Below are positions 1 through 7,739 of a stretch of 32,000 nt of DNA, in pieces. The notes under the pieces are model-generated. The model did not search any database and was not told the DNA's origin. It was given only the letters and a program-made list of their open reading frames with translations. The position numbers were made by a program, and so were the translations under genes. Source of the stretch: Vibrio vulnificus CMCP6 (GTDB lineage: Bacteria; Pseudomonadota; Gammaproteobacteria; Enterobacterales; Vibrionaceae). Numbering within the stretch: the first letter of the stretch is position 1; each line of letters opens with the position of its first letter. The DNA lies in assembly GCF_000039765.1 (NCBI RefSeq), contig NC_004459.3, positions 1-32,000 on the forward strand, written 5' to 3'.

Positions 1-990
1 TTACTTTAAATAATAAAAATCGTATAACGTTCGGGTAATTTCTGCAATAGCTAGATCACGATCAGCTTCCGATGTTGTGCTGCTCTTAGAATATACGACT
101 ATCGCAAAACGTCGACCATCGGGTAGCGTTACAAATCCCACGTCATTGGCGACACCGCCAATTGTCCCTGTCTTGTGGGCAACGAGGGTTCCTTTTGGTA
201 GTAGACCTTTTAGCCTTCCAGCACCAGTGCGTGTGCGTGACATGACATCAAGTAAAAATTCGCTGCTTTTCTCACTTAACACTTTACCGCTGTCAATTGC
301 CAGAAGTAATTCCAACATGGCATTAGGCGAGCTTTGATCTCGTAGATCTTCTTGTTCGAACTTAAGGTTTCTAAGTGGTTGTTTTGACGCGAGTGATGGG
401 TCTTGGGCAAGAGCCTTTGCAAGTACAGATGAATAGGCCTTGTCGGGTAAACCATAGAAGTCCCTTAAAATTTCACTGGTATACCGATCAACTCGTAAAT
501 CAGTAATACCAATATTTCGCATCACTTTAGTTACTGCTTCAGGCCCTCCTGCAAGTTTTAGACAAATGTCTGTCGCTGTGTTGTCACTTAACGTTATCAT
601 TGGTTCGATTAAATTGGCGATAGATAACTTTATACCTGGGTGCACGAAGTTCACCGCGATAGCACCGTCACCTGTCACCATGGTTTCTTGTGGGACATCA
701 ATTAAATCGGAAAGCTTAAGCTCGCCTTTATCAATCCGCTCCAGTAAGGCGACAGCAATAGCAACCTTGTAGGTACTGGCCATCACAAACATTTCATCGC
801 CGTTTACTGTTATTCTCTCCCCAGAGCCAATTTCTTGAGCAGCCACACCGATGCGGCCAACTAGCCTCTGTGAAATTGTCTCAAGTTTCTGCGAAACATC
901 TTTAAAATTATGCTCATTAGCAACTGCTGGTTGAATTGGAACAAATGACGAAATAAGTAAAGTAAAACAAAGTGCTATACTACGATTCAT
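1..990 (-). CDS. class A beta-lactamase-like serine hydrolase, secreted
   Basis: ORF 1..1002. SxxK (ASTYKV), SDN (LSDNTA) and KTG (HKTGT) motifs occur in class A order. Signal peptide MNRSIALCFTLLISSFVPIQPAVA. Start moved to the ATG at 990 because GGAGAGG lies just upstream. The stop codon is the first 3 nt of the window. Confidence 0.75.
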   Translation of the reverse strand: MNRSIALCFTLLISSFVPIQPAVANEHNFKDVSQKLETISQRLVGRIGVAAQEIGSGERITVNGDEMFVMASTYKVAIAVALLERIDKGELKLSDLIDVPQETMVTGDGAIAVNFVHPGIKLSIANLIEPMITLSDNTATDICLKLAGGPEAVTKVMRNIGITDLRVDRYTSEILRDFYGLPDKAYSSVLAKALAQDPSLASKQPLRNLKFEQEDLRDQSSPNAMLELLLAIDSGKVLSEKSSEFLLDVMSRTRTGAGRLKGLLPKGTLVAHKTGTIGGVANDVGFVTLPDGRRFAIVVYSKSSTTSEADRDLAIAEITRTLYDFYYLK

Positions 991-1130
991 AAACCTCTCC
1001 ATGGTTAGTTTTTTTATTTATCATCTTAGTTACTACGATTTCGTGGTTCCACTTCGATTTGGCCCCAACAGCACTTTATCACACTATTTTTCATTAGTTA
1101 CACTTGGTTACATTTATCGAGCCAATAAAC

Positions 1131-2117
1131 TTATTGTTGGATCACAAGAGCGTCCAATTTTTTGCGCATTCCATCCCTATCTAATCCCCCTTTTGGGCCG
1201 ATAAAAACAAGACGCGTGGCTCTTGTTTCGCCTTCTTGCCATGGTTCGCCAATGGTCACTTGTGCACGTTGTCCTGTGCATTGGAAAATACAACGGTGAT
1301 CGGGTCGATCATCTAGGTTTAAGATGCCTTTCATGCGATAAGCATCGATAGAAAACTGCTGTAATAGAGGGTACAAGGCTTGCAGTGAAAGGGGACGATC
1401 TGTTTCAAAACTGAATGTTTCAAACTGATGGTTAACGTGATCACAATGGTCATCATGGCAGTGATGGTGCTCGCCACCATGTTCTCTGTTATGGGATGAA
1501 ACCTGAAGCCTCTCTGGTACTTCAAATAAAATAGGCAAATCGACTTTACCAAACTCTATTTCAACCAGCTTTGCAAATGGCGCTTGTACCTGACACCATT
1601 GTTTAACTTTTGCTAGCTCATCTGGCTCTACCAGATCGACTTTATTGATCAAAACAATATCAGCTACTTGAATTTGCTGTTCAGCTAATTCTGCCATCTG
1701 TTTTTCAAGAGTGAGTACATTTTTAGCATCAATGGTGGTGATAATCGCATTGAGAGGCGCATGCTGTTGCAGCTCAGGATCTTCAAAATTCAGCGCCACT
1801 TCTTTTGGTTCTGAAATACCAGACGTTTCTACCACAATGTGGTCTGGACGTTGTTCGAGTGCTAATAAACGCATCACAGAAACCACTAAACCTTCAGCGA
1901 GATTACAACAAACACAACCATTTTCTAGGCTGATCATATTGTCGCTTTCAGATTTTACCAGTTCAGCATCAACATTTATCGAACCAAAGTCATTGACGAT
2001 AACGGCCATGCGCATTCCATTGGCATTGGTCAGAATGTGATTGAGCAAGGTGGTTTTACCTGCCCCTAAAAATCCGGCTAAGATAGTGACTGGAATTGGC
2101 TTTTTACTCATCGACAT
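1131..2117 (-). CDS. COG0523/CobW-family G3E GTPase, putative metal (Zn) chaperone, YeiR/ZigA-like
   Basis: P-loop GFLGAGKTTLLNHIL, CxCC motif (ENGCVCCNL), and a His/Cys/Asp-rich tract HNREHGGEHHHCHDDHCDHVNH between the GTPase and C-terminal domains. Confidence 0.85.
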   Translation of the reverse strand: MSMSKKPIPVTILAGFLGAGKTTLLNHILTNANGMRMAVIVNDFGSINVDAELVKSESDNMISLENGCVCCNLAEGLVVSVMRLLALEQRPDHIVVETSGISEPKEVALNFEDPELQQHAPLNAIITTIDAKNVLTLEKQMAELAEQQIQVADIVLINKVDLVEPDELAKVKQWCQVQAPFAKLVEIEFGKVDLPILFEVPERLQVSSHNREHGGEHHHCHDDHCDHVNHQFETFSFETDRPLSLQALYPLLQQFSIDAYRMKGILNLDDRPDHRCIFQCTGQRAQVTIGEPWQEGETRATRLVFIGPKGGLDRDGMRKKLDALVIQQ

Positions 2118-2133
2118 TTCTCTATATCATTTC

Positions 2134-2161
2134 ATGAAAAAGCTCGACTTGCGCCGAGCTT
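2134..2161 (-). terminator. weak hairpin between amidohydrolase and GTPase genes (possible attenuator)
   Basis: AAGCTCG (2140-2146) pairs with CGAGCTT (2155-2161) around an 8-nt loop. On the minus strand it is followed only by TTTT. Confidence 0.3.
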
Positions 2162-2179
2162 AATTATATTTAGAGTTAA

Positions 2180-3844
2180 TTATGCAATAACAGGGTTGCG
2201 AATGGGCTCACCCGGATTGGCATCTAACTGTAATTGACCATTTTCAATGACGGGTGTACCGTTAACAATGACATGATGCATACCTTCAGAAAGTGCATTA
2301 GGGGCCTCGAAAGTCGCAAGCACTTTGATATCTTCAAGTTTAAATAATACTAAATCGGCATCTTTACCTACTTGAACACGGCCTTTGTTTTTCATTTGTG
2401 GGACGCTGTTTTCGATAATGCGACAAGCGTTTAAGCTACAACGCTCCATTGCCTCGACAAGCGTAACCGCTTTGTATTCGTTAACATATTTACTAATGAA
2501 ACGGGTAAAGCAAGCCAGTGATCTTGGGTGAGCGATGGCATCACTAGGGAGTGGCCAAATATCACCTTCGATGACTTTCCCTTTTGAGTCCATCCAAGGC
2601 ATAGCATCTGAAGCAATAGCAGCACCAGGAAACAGAACTGAACGATCCATTTTTTGACGATCAGATGGATTATCATCAGGTTTTAAGAAATGCATTACTA
2701 CCACTTTGCCTGGGTCATTTGCTTGCAGCTCAGTGATCTTTTCTTGTGTTAATGGTTTCCCATTAGCTTCCATGTAACTTGCACTTGGTACGCCCCAGCG
2801 CTCTAACCAATCATCACCACGGAAAACTTCTGCGCCAATCAGTGACGAACCGGCACCGTAAGGGTAAGCTTCGGCAGTTACATTCAAACCTCTATCAATC
2901 GCTGATTGTACTAAGTCCGCACAATCATCAATATCTTGCACAGAGGTACTATTAAGGTGACAAATGTGCATGTGTGCACCAGTCGTTGCAGATAAACTGA
3001 TGAGTTCTTGATAGGCTTCAAAGCTGGATTTTGGTTCTGCACTGTTTAAGTAACGAACATGCGTATAAGTTGGCATATTATAGCGTTTGGCGAGCTTCGC
3101 TAGCTCGTAGTACTCTTTATGGCCATAACCCGGTGCATAGCCTGCGTTAATCCCAATGCCTAAACCACCTTCTTTCAGACCTTGTTCGATATCATTGAGG
3201 ATCTGTTTTAGCTCATCTGGTGTTGCTAGAGTATTTTGCCAATTGTTGTATGAAAATGCTTTTTGGAACCAAACAATCGTACCATCAGCTGCTGGCATTG
3301 TTGGTTCTTTTGCCATAACTCGTGCGTAGGTCCAAGCAACCGATGCGCCGTAGTTAAGAGGTCGACCTTCTTTTGCCGTATCATCATAGAATTTAGAGAT
3401 GGGTAATAAACCCGATTCCATTTCCAGTTGGGTGGTAACACCATCAAATGCTTGAGCGCGCGCCGCAGGAAGCTGTTGACCATGTGCATGTAAATCAACG
3501 AAGCCTGGAGCAACGACTAAACCTTCAGCATTAATTACTTTGGCCCCTTTTAAGGTATTTTTTGAAATAGCAGCAATACGCTTACCTTTGATCCCTACAT
3601 TACGAATCGCATCTAAGCCCGTTTCAGGATCAACCACACGACCATTTTCGATAACAATATCAAAAGGGCCTTTTTCATTAGGCATTAGGGAAATATTCTG
3701 TACAGCCAGTTTGTCGGAAGCTGCATGCAGAACCGAAGCAAATGGAAGTGTTGCTGCGCCAAAGGCTAATTTAGTTAACGTTGAACGTTTTGTATGGTCT
3801 ATCTCATGAGATCCAGTCTGTTCAGTTAAGATGTCATCTTTCAT
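2180..3844 (-). CDS. amidohydrolase-3 family, N-acyl-D-amino-acid (D-glutamate) deacylase-like, probably exported
   Basis: 554 aa. HxH metal motif in GFVDLHAHGQQ, followed by GVTTQLEMESG as in D-aminoacylase/D-glutamate deacylase relatives. N-terminus has a long n-region, then KR, a hydrophobic stretch and LHA-AS. AAGGGA lies upstream of the ATG. Confidence 0.8.
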   Translation of the reverse strand: MKDDILTEQTGSHEIDHTKRSTLTKLAFGAATLPFASVLHAASDKLAVQNISLMPNEKGPFDIVIENGRVVDPETGLDAIRNVGIKGKRIAAISKNTLKGAKVINAEGLVVAPGFVDLHAHGQQLPAARAQAFDGVTTQLEMESGLLPISKFYDDTAKEGRPLNYGASVAWTYARVMAKEPTMPAADGTIVWFQKAFSYNNWQNTLATPDELKQILNDIEQGLKEGGLGIGINAGYAPGYGHKEYYELAKLAKRYNMPTYTHVRYLNSAEPKSSFEAYQELISLSATTGAHMHICHLNSTSVQDIDDCADLVQSAIDRGLNVTAEAYPYGAGSSLIGAEVFRGDDWLERWGVPSASYMEANGKPLTQEKITELQANDPGKVVVMHFLKPDDNPSDRQKMDRSVLFPGAAIASDAMPWMDSKGKVIEGDIWPLPSDAIAHPRSLACFTRFISKYVNEYKAVTLVEAMERCSLNACRIIENSVPQMKNKGRVQVGKDADLVLFKLEDIKVLATFEAPNALSEGMHHVIVNGTPVIENGQLQLDANPGEPIRNPVIA

Positions 3845-3930
3845 TTTTTCCCTTATCTCATTACCTAAAGTTGATTGATATTATAGTGTATTTCGTGGTG
3901 TATATGAGTTCTGTTAACTTAATCAAGAAA

Positions 3931-4470
3931 TTATTTACCAACGCTAAGCTTTTCAGGAACCATCTTCCCCCAACGCAGTACCATCTCTGGTGGGATGAGC
4001 CAAACGGGGCGTTTAAATCGTGTTTCATCGTGGCAATACCTTGTGTCATATGCGCCATCACCAGATAATGGATCTTGGTGCAAATTGAGTATGTTGAAAA
4101 ACATTTTCAAGCTGTGGCTGTCTAGTGTCGGAGTACAAAAGTCACATGTTGTCTTTTTGAGATCCTGTTTGGGTCATTGTGTGCTGTTATAGCTGGTACG
4201 AAAGGGCTGTTTGACATCCGAAGCTACATCCTTGGCTACCACCATAGGCTTCAAGGGAATGCTCTGTTTTAAAAAGGAGGGGGCCCCGTTGATGATGCAT
4301 CGCTCGTATTATATCGGCGATCGAACCAGCTCAATTTCACGTACGTTTCGTTGATTGGATATCATCAATGCTATGTTGTTAATAGTGATATGTTGGAAGC
4401 TGTGTTGAGCGCTTGTTTTAACGCGTTGGCGAAAAACCAAACACTCGTGAGATTGACCTGATTATGGCTA
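3931..4470 (-). pseudogene. IS5-family (IS903-like) transposase remnant, multiply frameshifted and truncated at both ends
   Basis: Minus-strand translation around 4039-4062 gives GDGAYDTRYCHDE...LIPP, matching the IS903 ADGAYDTRLCYDE...LIPP DDE region. Upstream fragments in other frames resemble earlier IS903 segments only weakly. The boundaries are approximate. Confidence 0.5.
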
Positions 4471-4489
4471 AGTTAACAGCAGTACTCCG

Positions 4490-5596
4490 TCAAATATTAA
4501 ACGTTGCGTTTTTATCTAAAGGGTACAAAGGCGCTGTTAACTGAGTATGTTCGAAAAGAGTCACATCGCGACTGGTGGCCTCTGGAACATCAACGATCAG
4601 TAACTTGTCGGTGAAGTTCTTATAGAAAGCTTGATAGTGCATGCCGCTTTTCACACCAATAACGTCATATTCTTGAATCGCGATACCATGTGGGCGTCCC
4701 TGGGTATCATCATACGTCTGACATAGGCCTGATATAACAATGACATCCACCGTATTCTCCGCTTCAATGACCAACCTAACGGTAGGGCCAAGCTTAAATG
4801 GAGCGTTGTAAGCACTCCCCCCGCGAACGATCTCATCGCCATCCGAAATGGACTTGACATAAGCTTTGGTTTTAATTGGTTCACCTGCCAATTTCTCAAA
4901 TTTACCACCGAGGCTCACATTGATTGTCGCTCCAACACCGGCAGCTACTGCGGCCTTTGCGGTCTCCGGATCGTGTATCGACATGAATACGACTTTACCC
5001 AAGCCTTTTGTTTCTAGCAAAGCTTTCAGTAGATGAGTACCTGATCCTCCTGCGCCACCTCCGGGATTACCCGCAGCATCACCAACCACAATCGGAGAAT
5101 GCTCAATGATACCGCCTTTCGTTGGTGGTTGACGTACATAGTGGCCGTCCTTTTCGAGCATGGCCAGGACAGTACCCATGGTTTTGCCTATATCATTGAG
5201 TTCAATAAGTGATTCTTTTCTATGTTTCCAGATCCACCTTGCTAGGTCGTCGACTAAGTCTTGTGCCAGTTGGGGGTTATTTTCTGTGGTCACCATAGGG
5301 AATACACCACAAAAATCGCTGTCCTGATATGGGAAGCCATGCATGACGGAGCAGCTGATAACACCTGGCTGCTTTTCTATTTGAATGCATTTTTCTTTGA
5401 GTCGATTGGCAAAGCTGCCCTTTTCTTCGGTATTGCTCATCGGCATCAGCATTGGCATTTTGTGATAGGCAACGGTAGGGTGCGATTCTCCTGCTAAGAT
5501 TGCGGCACCACGATACATCGCATCACGGCCAGCGGTATTCATATCCATATGAGGATATTCTTTACAGGCGCTGAATAAGTTCATGTTGTCCTTCAT
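4490..5596 (-). pseudogene. MlrC/M81-family metallopeptidase, 5'-truncated (roughly 140-150 N-terminal codons missing)
   Basis: The 368-aa ORF begins inside the family-conserved segment (NLFSACKEYPHMDMNTAG, compare ...FSAYRTAPHIDVEET). It retains GDAAGNPGGGAGGSG and GVGATINVSLGG. There is no SD before the ATG, and an IS630 fragment lies 24 nt upstream. Confidence 0.7.
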
Positions 5597-5620
5597 TTTT
5601 CGGTGATCTTACCATGGAGG

Positions 5621-5965
5621 TCACCGGACCAAACGATCCCAACGTGAACGCTGATATCCCAGACTTTGAGGATTCAGTGCGATTAAAGCTGTCAATACAG
5701 CGGCAATTTGAAGAAATGGGAGCGTCGCGGCTCTACCTCGAGTTGAGCTTTCCAAGCCATCGATGCCGCATTTCGTGTACCAGTGAATCCAGCGTCCTAT
5801 AGAAGACCGAGCTGAAACCAGAATCTTCGAGACTGTGGTAACAGAATGTCCTTGGTAAAGAAGCAATATGGCATTCAAGCGTCGGTAATGGTCTTTATCC
5901 TTAGTCTTATGCATCTTTTTAGTGATACGACGTCGCTCAACGCGGTCAGGTAATGTTAGAATCAT
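5621..5965 (-). mobile_element. IS630-family transposase, N-terminal HTH fragment only (DDE domain absent)
   Basis: The 114-aa ORF shows the typical IS630 N-terminal pattern (RRLNAILLLYQGHSVTTVSKILVSARSSIGRWIHWYTKCGIDGLESSTRGR...LGYQRSRW). It ends abruptly 24 nt before the mlrC remnant. Confidence 0.65.
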
Positions 5966-6037
5966 GGGAACTCGGTAACGGTTGCGGGTTTATATGTTTG
6001 GCTACTGATCAGATCGCTCAAACGGTACCGAGTTCCC
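5966..6037. repeat. 12-bp perfect inverted repeat abutting the IS630 start codon
   Basis: GGGAACTCGGTA (5966-5977) and TACCGAGTTCCC (6026-6037) are separated by 48 nt. The spacer contains two GATC sites (6007-6010 and 6012-6015). Confidence 0.85.
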
Positions 6038-6114
6038 TTCTTTTTTACACACCAATGATCTACATTTAGGAACAGCTATTTAGCGCCTTTCGATTTCGAA
6101 TTTTCAACGATCTC

Positions 6115-7197
6115 TCAGACTTGCTTGCTTTCTGACTCTACCCATTGCATAAAAACTTGATATCCTGTAGCGAAAAATGCCGCACCAACGAACATACCCA
6201 GTATTCCTCCAGACATGACCCCACCTACAGCGCCAATGAGTATTATAGGCATTGGAACATCCAACCCTCTTCCAAGAATAATCGGTTTTAGGAAATTATC
6301 TATAAAGCTTGCAGCAATAATTAACACTGTGAAGATAGCATTGTGTGCTGTTCCACTATCTCCTGACCACAAGACTGCAACAGCGACCAGAGCCACGACG
6401 GTCACAGGGAGCTGAACGATAGCAAAAACTAAGGCGATTAATGTAAACAGAGAAGCCGCTGGAACGCCTGCTAACCCTACGATAGCACCAAATATCATTG
6501 CTGTTAAAAATGCGATTCCGATAATGCCAACAGCGACCTGCCTTAGGGTTGCGGTTGTTAATTTATGCAGCGAAGGTCCTTTGATCGGATCTGTAAAACT
6601 TATAAAAATCTTACGTATTGATGCTGATGCGGGTTCAGCCCAAGCTAACATTATCCCAGCAATGATCACAGCACCTATCAAGACAAATACGCTCTTAGCT
6701 GCGCCCGCCGCACTATCGAACACCCAACCGAAAATGCTTTTTATTTGAGGCTGATGCTTGTCTATGAAAACAGGCAGATTGACAGCGGCTTCATCCCAGG
6801 CAGCATATATTTTTTCCCCGACTAATGGCCATTCTTTTACGCTGTCTGTTGGCTTCGATACGGCTAGTGTGCCATTTCGATAAGAATCGAGTGCTTCTAA
6901 CGTTTTAGACGCAAATGAGTTACCAACCATAGCGGTAGGCGTTCCAAGTACAAGCACGCCAATCACCGCGACTAAAGTAGCTGAACGGCTAGATCTTAAG
7001 CCCAGTTTACGTTCAACAGCCAACTTAAGAGGGTAAAGTGCAATAGCCAATACCAGCGCCCAAAGTAAAATAGGTAAAAATGGCAAAAACGCCCACCAAC
7101 AGACAATAACAATAAGCGTAATTGCTGCGAATCGTATCAATGAAGTACTAAATGCTTTCACTAATACCTTTTCTAAGTTCTCATTTGAATTATTCAA
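6115..7197 (-). CDS. AI-2E family (UPF0118/PerM-like) transporter
   Basis: 360-aa polytopic membrane protein with AI-2E-like sequence character. TTG start preceded by a near-perfect SD (GAAAAGGAGGAAAGAC-TTG). Confidence 0.8.
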   Translation of the reverse strand: MNNSNENLEKVLVKAFSTSLIRFAAITLIVIVCWWAFLPFLPILLWALVLAIALYPLKLAVERKLGLRSSRSATLVAVIGVLVLGTPTAMVGNSFASKTLEALDSYRNGTLAVSKPTDSVKEWPLVGEKIYAAWDEAAVNLPVFIDKHQPQIKSIFGWVFDSAAGAAKSVFVLIGAVIIAGIMLAWAEPASASIRKIFISFTDPIKGPSLHKLTTATLRQVAVGIIGIAFLTAMIFGAIVGLAGVPAASLFTLIALVFAIVQLPVTVVALVAVAVLWSGDSGTAHNAIFTVLIIAASFIDNFLKPIILGRGLDVPMPIILIGAVGGVMSGGILGMFVGAAFFATGYQVFMQWVESESKQV

Positions 7198-7739
7198 GTC
7201 TTTCCTCCTTTTCTATTCCTAGAACTAATTAAACGGTTTGTCTGCGTATGGACTTCGGATAACACGTGACCTGAACCAGTAGTTAGACTGGACGCTTCAT
7301 TAAACGAAATTGTGATTTTCAGCGTTAACTTGGCGTGGATGCCCAACAACTGTGCCTTCTTGTCCAATTGTAATCAACCTATATCACCTCAGCTTTTATC
7401 CGATTTCCAATTTTTTATTGGTTCAACATATTCTCACTGGCTTCACGATTGTCATACTCCTGACTGAAACGCAATGGCGTTGATACTCTGTCACATACCT
7501 GCACATAAGGATTATTTCACATGAAAATACTAGTATCGCGTCCCACACTAACACGACGTTTTTTTCGTCGGGTTAAGTACCACAAGATGGGGTTACCAAG
7601 CTACATTGTTGGGGGCAGAGGAAGCCACGATTGACGATGAATTGTGGTGCATAGATGGTCACTCAATAAGAAAAATGGATCAAGTTCAAAGAATTACACT
7701 TGATTATCGATGAGGGCAGGTGAACGATTACTGATATTG

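Noticed and set aside
3871-3894. Possible Zur box upstream of the amidohydrolase (TTGATTGATATTATAGTGTATTTC). Also a half-site GAAATGATATAGAGAA on the minus strand at 2118-2133, upstream of the GTPase.
   Set aside because: Only the AT-rich core (TATAATAT) or one half-site matches the GAAATGTTATAATATAACATTTC-type consensus. The first could simply be a -10 element. A PWM scan is needed before calling either.
4276-4352. Strong SD-like AAGGAGGGGG followed by a 20-codon ORF (MMHRSYYIGDRTSSISRTFR)
   Set aside because: It lies antisense within the IS903-like remnant, has long SD-ATG spacing and a tiny product, and there is no supporting evidence.
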